NCBI RefSeq assembly: GCF_964355755.1
Contig: NC_092679.1
Coordinates: 1,766,201 to 1,830,200 of the forward strand
DNA length: 64,000 nucleotides
From: Antedon mediterranea
Taxonomy: Eukaryota; Animalia; Echinodermata
Direction: 5' to 3'
The position numbers and the translations under genes were made by a program. This document shows positions 47,592 to 61,869 of the stretch, one piece after another. Each line of letters opens with the position of its first letter. Within the stretch, counting starts at the first letter, position 1. The notes under the pieces are model-generated. The model was not told where the DNA came from and ran no database searches. It saw only the letters and a program-made list of their open reading frames with translations.

Positions 47592-50428
47592 TTACATTCC
47601 CTCATTCTATTGCTTTGTGCTGCATGGTATGTGGTCTTAAGAACTCCCATCATGAGGATGTTAATTATATTAGTGTACATATGATCATCACTGTAAAACA
47701 AATTTGACCAATTTAACCACACTTCTCAAAATGTACAGTGATTATTTACATTATAGGTACAGTACAAGAGATTAATAATTAAATAGAATTCTACTTTTAC
47801 TAGTGACAATGTGTTCAATGGTTTTGAACCGTTTTTTTTTCAATACCAGTAAATAAATCAAATTTCTTCTGTTCATTAATTCACTTTCATATACAACCAC
47901 GCAAAATCTAACATTCAGCTTACAGTACCTGAAATACCTAAACAAATTTTAATTTAAAAATACAGTAATTGTACAAAATCAGAATACCAAACCACAAGCA
48001 GTGTCACATAAATTTAGTTTTAGCAAACATCAATATTTTATGATTATTTTACTTGGTATTTTTATGTTTTTAGAATAATTTGAAGTGAGTAAGTTCTATA
48101 TCATGTTATATATCACATTTTATTAGATGAAACCTAATATGCACATAACGTCTATTTCATCAATTTTTCTGCATAAACAGATTTCATATTTTCAAAATGA
48201 ATTATAAATTGAAATTGTACAAGCATATGAATTATTGATGCCAGTTAGCACCAGAGCAGTTTCAGTATTGAATGTGGTATAGTCATATTATACACTTACT
48301 ACAGACTGTGTTCTCGTACATGATTTATAGTGGAACATGTTTAGCCATTTCAATTTGCATATTATACTGATACAGAACTGAAGCTATCGGTAAAATACAA
48401 AGAATATTTCAATTAATTTGCATTTTCATAATGATATAGTATTTCATTTTCCAAAATTAGTAAAAAATAATGAATTATTTATTATTTATTTACTACTGTA
48501 GAACCGTTATTTAAGAGGTCACCTTAGAACTCAAACAAAGGGTGTGTCCCCTTTAATAATACTTCAAGTTGAGGGTTTCTCTTTCACGAAAAAATTACAA
48601 TTTTTTTTTTACGAGAAAGTGACAATCGTATTGTCACCTCTTTAAATATGTATTTGTTTATTTACTTACAAAATGACAAGTATCCTGATTTGAATGTACA
48701 ATATTCTCAAATTGAAATTTGGCAAACATTTTTAATGTAATCTGTATAAGCAGAGTAAGCAGTAATGAGTATGGAAGGATTCTTAAATATTCTTTAATAT
48801 TATTTTAGCAAGATTAACAAACTATAGCTTTACACCAAGTACTGTACATTAACTGTATTAACACAATAACCATTAAAAAGTGGACCTACCTACTTGTTTT
48901 GTGTATATAGTAGTAATAGTATGCTATATCATTTTTTTTAAACAACGAATCAATATATCCGTGTATGTGGTTTTATTTGTTATATTTTAAAGAGCGCTTA
49001 AAATATCAGAAAATCTAATAAAAAATGAGGTTATTTGCTTTGTATAATATAGGCCAAAAACCCAATAAAATATTCTACATAGGCAATAATTAAAGATAAT
49101 ATTGTTATTGAATTTATATCATATGATATCTGATATGATATTATTTATTGTCGTTTTAACAAACAAGGAACAAATGAAATTTGATTGGTTGGTTTACTAT
49201 TTCATTTACATTGGCAACTGTTAAACATAGATTGTATTTTACTGTAAACTAAAGATGATAAATATTTATATTTACTGTTATACTATATCCACAAACACAA
49301 AAGTACTATTTCAAATGACATTTACAGTAAGACAATATCCTGCACACTCTGATATTCTAAAATATTCAGTATCACATTTATTCATTGAATGAATCAAAAT
49401 CAGATGGCATATAATAAATCTGGAACTAATTATCAAGTTCCTATAACAGCAAATTTGATAGGAAACGTGTTTTTGACATTAAACTAGGCATATGCTATGT
49501 GTGAATTAATACGCTATTTGAAAAACCATTTAAAAATTATCCATCATTTGAACATATGCAAATTTTGTCACTCAACAGAGTTGATGAAAGATAATGAGGT
49601 CCGATTCAAATGACAACATGCTTCGCATTTTAAAACTTGGTATTTTTTCATCCCTTCATCATGTGACGATGGTATTCATCTTGCGAGGAATTCTAGGTCA
49701 TGTGATTGCCTGCATGCCAACACTGTTGATTGTTGCCATAGCGATGTATATTAAAGATTGTTGTCACGGTGATTGCATAGCATCTTCTGATGTCTTTATA
49801 TGTGCATTATCTTTTGGTTTCTTTGGTTGACTCTTCTAAGATTACCACAAATACAAATAAACCAACTCATCTTATATTGTAAAGCATCTCGGATTACGTT
49901 AGTTGGAATTAAAACGAAGAAGGCATTTCTCTTTTCATATCATCCCTGTAATTTGCCTTTCTATCTTTACATACCTTAATCTAGTTTTGTTTCTATTTTA
50001 GAAATAATTTGTTTTATGTTATTTTGGAATCAAATGTTATAACCATAAATAACATTTGAACTTAAGATATCATCAAGAAGAATATTTATTTATGGTTATC
50101 AATATTAGTACATAATATACTTAATATTATGTAATTTAAGATATCAAATGCCAATTTTACTGAATGTTTTTGTGCGTCTCTATTTTATCATCTAGATCTT
50201 GATTTAATACACAATTAACAATTTATTTTAATCGTCACATTTTATTGTAAGCAAAATTTTAATCTTGATATTTTTCATTTTAAAATTTTTTATTGTTAAC
50301 TAGTAATTGATGTGTGCGTCATTTGAACATGTTATGTTATTGACCTTCGCAATATAAATCAATAAAATATAATTATTTTAGAAATTGGTAAACAAATTGT
50401 CAATCATAATTTTTTTTAATAATTTCAG

Positions 50429-50577
50429 ACATTAGGAAAAGGGTCGTTGTGGTGCGTTGACCCAGAGTATCGTCCCAACTTGATGCAAGCATTGCGAAAG
50501 ACACCGTACCATCCGTATCACTACGCTGTCCCGTATAGCCCGTACACACATCATGCTCCACTTACAGCTATTTCTAG
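50429..50577 (+). CDS. FoxN2/3: FoxN2/3 coding exon 2 (end of forkhead domain)
   Basis: [30 protein letters not shown]...; tttcag| and AG|gtaagt. Not in the ORF track. Confidence 0.95.
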
Positions 50578-51299
50578 GTAAGTCTACTTGGTACTTTTGT
50601 CCAGTATCATGGGAAAATTTTACAATATAGCATCCCATGTTATCACATGTGATACCTATCATTGAAGGTAAGGTAATAGGTTAGGTTAAGGTTGATTATA
50701 CTATATGAAACACATGAGATACTGTATCACTGAATTTGCCTATGCACAGTTATCTATGTCAATTCTCCACACCAACTGAAGTCATATTTCTTCTTCCATA
50801 TTACACTAATTATTACACAAATGAGCTATTTTCAAGTTTATTTTAATATTTAGGAAAATGGACAAAAAAACCATTTAAAAAGTTGAAATGTTTTGAAGTG
50901 ACAAATTATGTCGTTAGTTTGTGCTAATAGCTTTCATAACAAAGGCCTAATTTATTGTCTTTGGCAACAGATGATTAAACTGTCCATCAGTTTCATTCAC
51001 TGAGAAATTATATATTTATTCAGTAAATATTGTTTGATCCATTTTTGATTGATAAACCATCTGTTTCCATGGCGAATGTTAAACAAAATTCCAATTGAAT
51101 CTTCAACTCTTCAAACAAATACATGCTGGTTGCCATGGTAAATAGGTAGAAGATGCTATCACTTCAGAGACTATCATATTGCTGGTTGCCATGGTTATAT
51201 CATATTGCTATCTAAAGTATTATTTACATGGCAACAAATGGAGGGATTTAAAAGAAAATGGCTGACAACGGTGCAAATGTCTCGTATAATAGTGTAGTT

Positions 51300-51700
51300 T
51301 TAAATATAGAACTAATGCAATTATATATTATTACCAATTGTAGGCATTTTGATGTTTTAACTTTTAAACATCTTTCATCCAAAACTGATAGTGGAAAGAA
51401 TTGTATCCCAACCAGATTTATTCGTTTGTGGAATACACTACTGGTCAATATTAAAGATGCCTTTGTTTGCGGAAGTTGGGTACAATTTAAAAACATGTTA
51501 ATGTTCCACTTTAAAAATACTATGCCTCTTTAATGTATATAATTATGGTATTAATATTACATATTTACATTGTTTTATGTTTTAATGTATGCTTTGAGTG
51601 CTGGTGTATGGCGACAATGGTCCTTCTTGCCACTCCTTGGCACACTTAAACTTTATGTGTTGTTTTAATGTTGCTAAAATTAATAAAATAAATAATTATT
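51300..51700 (+). mobile_element. 5'-truncated LINE (CR1/L2-group) 3' end
   Basis: ORF remnant KNCIPTRFIRLWNTL...SWVQFKNML resembles the RxWNxL...FKxxL C-terminus of CR1/L2 ORF2; followed by a 3' hairpin and an aataaaataaataat tail. Confidence 0.6.
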
Positions 51701-52547
51701 ATTTGGCACATATTGAAATTGTTTTAGTAAAACAAATTATTATTATCGGTATCATCGGTCTATTCTACAGTAGCCAACCATCTTAAAATCAAATAATTAA
51801 AGTTGATTATTACATTTTCACAATATAATTTAACTATAATCTAGTATACAGTTATATAATGAGCGTTAATGGTAACCTTAATTACCGTTAATTGGACTTT
51901 ATTCATTTTTTAGAAATATTTTTTAAACAAATGTTATCTGACTGTAAATATGATGTATTACTGTAACTTAATTAGTAACTTATTTTAAGCCTGTATATAC
52001 TGTTTTCTTATATTTTATAAAACCCATAATTAAATATTTGTTTACATGTACATCAATAAACACAACAAATATGGCTTTCTCTGAATTTAGGAATTTACAT
52101 GATAACATAATATAAAGCAGAATAATAGTTGAAGTTATTAACTTTAGTTGAATTAGACGATACCCCTGAGTGATGGTTTATATTATTCATTAATTCTAAT
52201 GCCTGCTATGCTTTCTAACATAAATATTTGTTAGCTTCATTATCATGTACAAGAGTTGTCCAACACTAATTCGTTCAGAAACAGATCATGTTTATCCTTT
52301 TTTAATGATATGATGTAATCAAGTTTCTAGATGTTAAATGCTAATGTTAAAACAACGATCTATTATTCTTGTTACATAAATTTTACATAAATTTTACAAT
52401 TTTTATATCCAAAATAAAATCCATCAGTAGTACAATGGTTTTCGAGATTGTATAATTGTGTCTTGTTTTATCCCTGTAAACTGTACTAAAAGAGGTGGAT
52501 TTGTATCTGCTTGTTTTATTTAATTAATTGTTTTGTTCTTCTTGTAG

Positions 52548-52600
52548 CATGCCAAACCGATTCCACATTATCCCTGCATTTCATGGCCAAGCTTTTCCAA
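52548..52600 (+). CDS. FoxN2/3: FoxN2/3 coding exon 3 (53 nt)
   Basis: ttcttcttgtag|C ATG CCA ... CCA A|gtaagt; SMPNRFHIIPAFHGQAFP; phases 2/1 bridge the flanking exons. Confidence 0.7.
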
Positions 52601-52960
52601 GTAAGTATAATTATATTAAATAATTTTCAACTATCATGATTTTGGTAGAAATTTTCTTGTTAATGCATTTTATTCGCGCGGATCACCTATTCCATCGAGG
52701 TGACGAGATAACCTACAGTACTTGGGGTTTTGGTTTGTGTTGATAATACAGTAAAGGCTGAACAAAATTTTCCAGTTTTTTTCAGATTAATAGGTTTTTA
52801 TAAAGTTGATATGGCCTTGGTTTAGAATGAATATAGTGATTGACTTATAACACTGAGCCAGGATTTGATGGGTATTTGTCTCTTGTATAAGATTTTCCTG
52901 AGGGTATAAGTTGTTCATGTAGAATAATTGCCTAAGTAATTGGATTGTCAGATTAGGTCA

Positions 52961-53288
52961 AACTGCAAGTCAGCAGTGGTTAAGCTTTGACTTACAGTTA
53001 TATAATGTAGCTACATAAAACCAGCTATGAGAGGCCGCGGGTAACTGAAAGTCAGCAGTGGTTAAGCTTTGACTTACAGTTATATACTGTAGCTACATAA
53101 AACCAGCTATGAGAGGCCACGGGTAACTGAAAGTCAGCAGTGGTTAAGCTTTGACTTACAGTTATATAATGTAGCTGCAGAAAACCAGCTATGAGGGGCC
53201 ACGGGTAACTGGAAGTTAGCAGTGGTTAAGCTTTGACTTACAGTTATATAATGTAGCTGCAGAAAACCAGCTGTGAGGGGCCACGGGT
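52961..53288. repeat. 82-bp minisatellite, 4 copies
   Basis: Units start at 52961, 53043, 53125 and 53207. Confidence 0.95.
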
Positions 53289-54460
53289 CCAGGATTTTTT
53301 AAGCAGAAAATAGTTAACATATATTGTTAATAGCCTGTCAAAAATTAATATCCAAAAGTATTTAATGATTTCATGTTACTATTTAAAGGGAGAGCGTGTA
53401 CATCCTAACAATAAAAACATAGTTCTGTCAAGGATAGGGACGAGGCCAGTCATAATGGTAGTGTAGGCACATGTAAAATGAAATTGAAACAGTTCCAAAT
53501 ATAATCAAATTTGATAAACAAAATGTCTGCGAAATACCTGTACATCGCTTTTACTTTAGAATGTTGAAACTGTACATGTTTTCTTGGAAATACGAGGAAT
53601 TCATTCCACTTAGATACCCTCCATTGGCCTCAAGTTTGCGTGCTTACAAGCATACAAAATCAAATAGAATCAATCCCTTTTTATCTACGTCCTTTGTTTT
53701 CAATACTATTGTATGGTTTTTATGGATAATGACCTTTTGTAGGTAGTAGAGTGAATTGCAGTATGTTTCATATTAATGATACTATATATAGCTGTCTTGG
53801 GAACCAACAGATTCGGTGTGGCATCATTCAAATCATTACATTCATTAATGACATACTATGCTTCTTTATAATGTCAACCAATGAATCTTGAATTATTTCC
53901 ATCTTCACTTTAAAAAAAAAGCAATACCAAATTTAATACATAAAGGATTAAAAAAGGGAAAGTAAATGCCTAGTATTACATTGCAGCATGTTTTACAACT
54001 ATACTGAATTCAAGTAACATTTAACAAAAATGAATATGTAACCCGTGATTTTAATTACATCTGTTTATGCTTGCACACACAGCTAAATGACATATCAAAA
54101 GAATAAAATTAACTCTCAGAATGCATGCAATTATAACAAAATTGCTGTATGTTAATAGAATGCTGCTCTTCCGCAATTAATTTCAACATTCGTAGTGTAA
54201 ACGATAAAATTGTCCACCCAAGACGATTGCGAGTTTGAAAAACAATTGTGCGTGGATATTAACCGTGTTTACGTTAATCAACTGATGTTGCTTAAGCAGC
54301 TCTTTTAGTTAGATTAGGTAACACAATCTAAAACAACCATTAATGGCGTTCTTCGACATTTTAAATTATACAGCATGCCTGTAACCAGGATGTTTGGAAG
54401 GGGGATCCCTTTTTCCCAAAGCAGGGGAAAATGTAAGTGAAAGCAAGCACTATAGATTAA

Positions 54461-55007
54461 AGATGTATTGTCCCTTTAAACACAAAAAAATGAAGGTCAA
54501 AATATTCTAAATTTAAAGTGGCCATATCAAAGTAATATTAAAGTTATCCACTTTAAGTCGAAAATTTGAGCCAAAAACAACAAGTTTACGTAATTAAAAG
54601 GTAAATTAGTTTGATTACATTTCATCTGGAAAATCGTCACGAGCGAAAGTAAACAAAGATTTCAAACCATGAGTACGCATTATGCATATGCTAAATTAGG
54701 ATTGTTTACAACTCGTCACGGCTAAAAAGGTATTTTCACACAGATTATGAGGAAGTTTTATGATTATGCATACAGAGTAGCCAAACAAGCGCGTTTCATT
54801 ATGGGATATGTTTTGATTGAAAACTTTGACTGGAAGTCAAAGTTATTTTTTTAACAAAAAAACGTCTGTATTTCAGTTAAATTTTTTTTTTTTCGAAAAA
54901 TTTTTGGTGATAGTTAATAACTATTATGATACTTCAAAACGACCCACCTTTTTTCGAAATCTTTTATTTTTTATTTTTTTGGAATTAGTCAAAGGGACAA
55001 TACATCT
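54461..55007. mobile_element. Kolobok-like non-autonomous DNA transposon
   Basis: TTAA|AGATGTATTGTCCCTTT ... AAAGGGACAATACATCT|TTAA (17-bp TIR, TTAA duplication, purine-purine start). Confidence 0.78.
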
Positions 55008-55373
55008 TTAAAGCACGTTTTCAGGCTTTCAGTAGCATAGTTGACTTTTCTTGCTGGTTATACTGGTTTGAAAAGGTGTGAGTTTGTTCGAAGTTGCGCA
55101 GTACTGTCATTCTGATACTAGTCGTACTTGTACAAGTCACATGACCCACTAATCACATTTATTTATATCTCATTTTCATCAAAGTGACGAATTAAATTCT
55201 AGTTATATATTATATTTGTGTTTCCGTTATTGTGTTAACTTTGTACGCGACAAGCACCATTATTTCCACTTGTGTTGTGGACGAATAAAGTTATCTTATC
55301 TTATAAACAAGAACAACAAACAGTACATACAACAAGTTTTCTTTCATTTCATCAACATCATACATCGTTCTAA

Positions 55374-55532
55374 AGCTCTGTCTACACTATCAAACATTAT
55401 GTGACAAAAAAAATGTGGTGTTTGGATATATGGACATGATGGACATATCGGTACCATATTTACGCATATCACTACCAAATTTGGACACATAACACTTTTT
55501 TGTCAAACTAGTTTAATAGTTCAGACAGAGCT
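55374..55532. mobile_element. Harbinger-type MITE family A copy (reverse orientation)
   Basis: TAA|AGCTCTGTCTACACTATCAAAC ... AGACAGAGCT|TAA. Confidence 0.8.
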
Positions 55533-56956
55533 TAATAAGTACCAGCATGTTTGTAGACCACCAGTCTCTCAAATAAATAATATGTAAACATGTGATATTT
55601 TATCTGCCTTTTTTTGAACATCTTGTAGTAAGTGTCCTTCAGTACCCTTCTGAATTCCGATTGTTTTGTCTTTTCTTGCTTGTCATAGTTCTAAATACAA
55701 AAGAAGATTATAGTCAATGGTTTTACGAAAACTGTCACACATAGTATTATATTGTCATTTATTAATGAATATTTGGCAAAAAAAAACTATGTTACTAAAT
55801 TTGAAGAATATTGCTAATTGGTGAATGTAGGTTAAATCCTTTGTTAATTACAAAATGTACTGTACATTATGAATACTAAATACACCAACAATAGCAATCA
55901 ATCACATGTTTCTAGAATTTAATATTCACGGTTTTATTAATATAAAAAGTAAACACAAATTTATTTCTATTGCATCGTGATAGACAATAAAGAATGCTGT
56001 TTACTGAGATACTTAGTCTACTGTAAGACTGTGTTAATATAACCATTAATATATGATCATACGTACAGAACAAATATAATGTGAATCGTAAAGACGTCTC
56101 CGTGAAGATTGGTTTCCACGGTAGCAACCACAAACATTGTACATGATGAAATAAAAGCAATCAAATAGTCGGCTATGCCAAAGATAAGACATTATGATTG
56201 GCAACAGTTACGCTCTTTGTTGAAGTTTAATGCGTGCAACATTTCATCGTGTTGTATAAACAATTGATGATAATCTATTCTACACAAATTACTCTTTATT
56301 CAATGCGCGAACAAAGAAAATATTCATTTTATTGTTCGTATATGTTCCAAATAAAATAATTATTACTCAATATTAATTTGTAACCATGAACTGGTGAGTG
56401 TTACTGTCCTTGTTGTTGAGAGGGTGCCACTAATCTAGTTAACCTTTATAAAAGATTGGCTGAGTATTGTTAAAGAGACTATTATCCTGATGTTGACAAT
56501 GAATGGCCATTCTCTTTCAAGTAGCCAAGTATGTCAACATTCATTTTATTATACTGTTACAATTATCTCCCTAAGCTAATGTTTACTTGGGTTGTATATC
56601 GGTCTTTACTTTTCGCTTTTGATAGTAGCACGTGGTGTTGAATAGAGGGTAATTTATATATACAGTACTATTAAGGATAAAGATATATTATGTCTAGTAT
56701 ACAGTGGTATCACTAATTTACCAGAAAAATAGTATTGAACAATTTGTAGCTTCCGGCTAGGTTTTTTTTAAAAAGCCGGTATTTGATCAAATGTTTTTGT
56801 TATGGCTATGGTAATTATGTGTTCATGATCAACGGCTTAATGTCCCATCTGATGGATGTAGCTGAGTGTTTGTACAACATTTTGTCTAAATGACCATCTA
56901 ACCATAAACACTAAATAAATGCTAACTAAATAAAATGAATCTTTTTCTTTCTATAG

Positions 56957-57031
56957 GTCACTTGGCATTGGTTGAACGCATACTGAGTGGACGAATGGAC
57001 AGAAACCTGCATGACCATGGTATTGACCCAG
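56957..57031 (+). CDS. FoxN2/3: FoxN2/3 coding exon 4 (75 nt, symmetric phase 1)
   Basis: ctttttctttctatag| SHLALVERILSGRMDRNLHDHGIDP G|gtacag; open in the expected frame. Confidence 0.65.
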
Positions 57032-58987
57032 GTACAGTATTTATTCTTCTGTACATGCTCACACGTTCCGCAGAATGACTTTTGACTTGACAGCTGAGTA
57101 CACGAGTGGCGCTTCACGTAAACGAAATGTGTCATTATATCTAGAAAGTCCAAACGTCTTTGTTCTTAGTCAAATCTAGATAAATTACTGACGAAAAGTT
57201 TGATTTTATTTTTGTGTTTCCTTTTCCAGTTATCAACATTCTACAAATGATTTCACAACTTTAGAAAATCCCAAAATATTCAGAATCTTAAAATCTAAAA
57301 ATAGAAATTATAAAATTAATAATATTTATTGATCTCGTTTTCTGTAGATGTTTCAATATTTGTTAGTTTACTCGTATTGTTAATAAATATTAAATAATAT
57401 ATAATATAAATAAAAGAATATTTTATTTGATGTCTAAAATATAAATCTATATTGGAACATCATAACAACAAAGATAAATCATTTTTAAATTAATGCGAAT
57501 ATTATTATAAATAGTAAAAAAAAATATTTGTATTGATTTCCTATTCCCAATTATTCAGAAGTTGCTAAAAGACGGTTATTGAATTATTCTGGCATTCCTA
57601 TGAAATGCTCGAAGGCGAGAAACCGTTCTCGTGCACTTAAAAACGTTGCGATAGGTGCATGATTGTAGACAGGAATATAATCTGTTAAAAGCTTTGGATT
57701 TGAACGCCTGTCTACCTTAGAAATGATAGTTTATTTGCTTTAAAATATAATTGTCATATGAAGGTTGTATTTAACAAAAATGAAGCTTAAATACTTTTCA
57801 ACACACAAATTTTATTTTGTAAATACAGTTAGTAACCCATATTAAGCAGACACCACTGGGGAAAAACAAAGAGTATACTGTACCTAGGTTTGTCTCTGAA
57901 TAAGTAGGAGTTAGTGTAGTGCTGTTAAAACATATATTGCTTCTTGTGTTGGTTTCATAGGAAGTGTCTCCTTAATAAGGGTGTCCCCAGGTTGAGGTTT
58001 TAGTATATATTCAAGAGAATCCAATCTTGAGTTGCCATATGTTTAGAGATGTTGACCAATCATAGAGTTTTTACTCTTCAATTTATAGAAAAACATTCCG
58101 AATTATAGAGTTCACAAATTTGCTGCATAAATTTTACTTTCAATATAAATAGTTATTATTCATGATAAATTAAGATCCATCGATGACGTACAAACCATGA
58201 AACATCTCAGAAAATTCATAAAATGTTTCATAATGTGAAAGGATGTCAGAGAGCAGGTGGCAGTAATTTTTTATTATAACTTGTTCAAACATTTGTACGA
58301 TAATGATATCGCTATCGCTCGAATATTTCTCTCAAACTTGTCTGTTTCTACTGATAATATACATCACATTAATGATTAGTCCAATTAAAGTAACCAGCCA
58401 TTTGTCTTATCATTTTTGCTATACAAACAAAAGACTATTCGCAGTTGTCGATTTATAAACCAAAGTGTGTATTCATTTCAAATTAGATGAGTAAAAATAA
58501 TACGGAATATTAATTCGTGCATATTTGATAATACTAATGAAAACACTGGCAATCGTAACAACCGGCCAGCCGCTCGAAAAGCATTGATTTTTGTATTGCA
58601 TTACCATGGCAACATATCCCAAGGTAATCCAGGTGTGAACCGACCCGTTGCCATGTCGATCGATGCGTTATTTAATTACCATACGTGTACGAGGATTACC
58701 GATACGGTAAAAGCAGTAACTGAAAGATTGAGTGACTGGGCCATCTGGTGTTATGTCAGAGCTGAACCAGAGCTTCTGAATCGCTCAACCGTTAAGAATG
58801 GGTATTGATTGACTGACGAGGAAGAGAATAGAAACACTAAATGGTTTATACGTAGTCTTTTCTAAGGCGATTGATTTTAAGTGTGTTTCTGTCACATATC
58901 TAAGTACACTGAAGTGTGAAATGACTGTGATTGGCTGAAAGCATCTACATAAAACATAAAAATCAAATAGTAAATGTGAAAATTATA

Positions 58988-59400
58988 ATGAATTTTAGGC
59001 GGCTAGACAGGGTCCAGATTAAAGATCCAAAACATCATTTTCAAGCTGCTATGCCCAGATATTTGAATGCCCAGATATTTTTTTCCCTTTCATGTTTGCG
59101 AGCTGCATCAATAATGAAAAAAATACAGTAATGGATTTTAGGTGGCCAGAAGTGGTCCAGATTAAAAGTCCAAAACATCATTTTCAAGCTGCTATGCCCA
59201 GATATTTGAATGCCCAGATATTTTTTTCCCTTTCATGTTTGCGAGCTGCATCAATAATGAAAAAAATACAGTAATGGATTTTAGGTGGCCAGAAGTGGTC
59301 CAGATTAAAAGTCCAAAACATAATATTATTTAAGCTGCTATGCCAAGATATTTCCCCTCCCCCCTGCCTTTTTCATTTTTGCGAGCTGCATCATTAATGA
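58988..59400. repeat. 143-bp tandem repeat, about 3 copies
   Basis: Units start at 58988, 59131 and 59274. Confidence 0.92.
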
Positions 59401-61025
59401 AGGGAATGAACATGCTGTCCTATTGGCAGAATAGATTAGGTATTTGATACTCTGTTAAATAGATAGCATATTTGATACACTTTGTCTATATCAATCCATT
59501 AAGTACATGAAACATGTAATATGTATAGCTACTCCTATTAAGACCATTATCTCAATGATAATATTATGAGCTACTTTCAAGTGTCTATACACTGTATGTA
59601 AAAAAAAAGCATTTGAATATATTATTATATTTAGGTTTTCTTTTAAATTTTTTATCTATAAAAAATATATTATTTCAATGAACTTTAACACTACTGTACA
59701 CTAACCTCTTCTGTTTTTATTAAACTTAATTTAAATATCATTTTTTAAATAATACAAAAAATATATATTGAATAAATTGAAATATATCAATTATATAATA
59801 ATGTATGAATAAATATTATTACAAGAGCTAATGTTTATCACATTATGCGATGTAGATTACTATGTATTGTCAAAGTGCGCGCATAAGCGTTGAAATAATC
59901 TTTAAGAAAAATCCTTAAATAAATGTTTAAATTTGAGTAAAGTCTGATAAAACGTTTATAAACGGCTTGCGTAGAGTATACCTAGCATTCAGACAGTTTC
60001 GGTTGGATTTACCATAAGCGCATTTATTACTTTTATCCATACTCTGTTGTCATGGTTACTATAAAACACGATATAAACATCACTTAAAGATGTTTGTTAC
60101 AGATTGTGGCGATGGGATCGCCGTTAAGAGCCTTCGCATGAATGATATCTATCCGTAGAATATTTTATCTGATTGAATTGCGGTCTGTGACTTTTTATTT
60201 TCGGTTTATAATGAAAATAATGTTGACATCAATATTCTGTTGACATTTAAAATAAAAAGTTAATTTTGTGATAAAAATATTTGTAAATAAAATGTAAAGT
60301 TAACAATATTTTTTTATGTGCTTATTGTAAATGCCATCTTTATGAAAATTTCAAAAAATCTTTAGTTGAATTTGTATTTTGTTTGAAAGGTTTAAACAAT
60401 AATTCATTGATTATTAATTTACAAAAAAAACAACTTACAAAATTGAATATATGTCTTACAAAGCAACAACGGCACTCATTAAAGTCTAAAAATATTTTCA
60501 ATTGTTTCTGCGAATGGTTTTTCTGGCCATTTTGATTACAAAACTGCCTTTTTATAGGCCATTACGCATCCAAGTTTATACACAGAGATAAATGATTAAT
60601 TGGCAGTATACAAGGGTACTACTGTTTGGCTGCAAAGACAGCTATGGCCTGGATTTTAAACTGTGACCCTTAAAAGCTTGGTAGTTCTGAGAATATTGGC
60701 CATTATAGACTTAATGTTATTATATCGTATATTTGTCAGCATTTTAGTTCAAGGGTGAAAAATTTGTACTATATTTTAATTTTAAAGGGATGAGTGTTTA
60801 TTTACGAAATTCTTAAAGCTGTCCCTGTTTAACTCAATCATTCTGTAACAAGTTTTTTAGGGTAGAAGTTGCGCTTTTGGGTCTGTGTAGGGGAATTTTT
60901 TGAAAAACATGATACTTTCACGAACATTGTTATCAGACGGTGTCCAGTTTCGTTGGCTATCTAAATTCGTAAACATGGCCTATGTGAATAATTTGACTTA
61001 ATCATGTTTTGCGTTATTTTTTCAG

Positions 61026-61094
61026 AGGTTGAAGTTGATGCTGCCGCTACCATGATGATGTTTAAGACACGGCCAGAAGACAGATTAGAACAAC
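61026..61094 (+). CDS. FoxN2/3: FoxN2/3 coding exon 5 (69 nt)
   Basis: EVEVDAAATMMMFKTRPEDRLEQ, comparable to FOXN3 DIDAASAMMLL; ttttttcag| and C|gttagt. Confidence 0.85.
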
Positions 61095-61288
61095 GTTAGT
61101 ATACCCTAACAAATTAATAGTTATTTCAAATTATGTCAACTCTTTAATTATTTAAGCGTGTGTAGGTAGCTTAATGTGGGTTGTACTTTGTTTAGATCAT
61201 CTTCAGTAAATCTCCTTAAATATTTATTGTAACTTAATTATGTATGTAGGTTAAATAGTGATTTTATTTTAAGCATCCATGATTCGTA

Positions 61289-61442
61289 AGATCTGTCTAC
61301 ACTTTATGTGACAACAAAAATGTGATGTGCCCAAATATAGATATGATGATGTCGTATCACTACCATATTTAAACATATCACTACCATTATTTGGTCACAT
61401 CAAACTTCTGTTGTAAAAATAGTTTGATAGTGTAGACAGAGA
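61289..61442. mobile_element. Harbinger-type MITE family A copy (reverse orientation)
   Basis: tctgtctacac ... gtgtagacagag with family interior. Confidence 0.76.
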
Positions 61443-61734
61443 ATATATTCTTATAATTTATAAGCGTTTGCTTAGTTTATGTCAGTCTTTTATTAAAATA
61501 ATCTGTTGTAATTTACAATAAGCTTAAAGCTATTTAATCAGAACAATAGACGTCCATGTAAATGACTTATAGACAGGAAGAAAGTGATTTTCATTAGATG
61601 AATAAAGTACAGCCCACTAACAATAACATCATTCATATCTTCGTTTATATAATCTAATTGAATGATTTATGTTTCTGTAGCCAGTTTTTTACAGAAATAA
61701 GATCACTAAAAAAAAACCACAAAACTATAAATAT

Positions 61735-61869
61735 AAAAAAAAAAGTGTGATGTGCCCAAATATTGTAGTGATGTGCACAAATATGGTAGTGATATGACAT
61801 CATCATGTCAATATTTGGGCACATCACATTTTTTTTTTCACATAAAGTTTGATAGTGTGGACAGAGATT
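61735..61869. mobile_element. Harbinger-type MITE family A copy (left TIR lost)
   Basis: gtgtgatgtgcccaaatat ... gtttgatagtgtggacagag. Confidence 0.74.
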
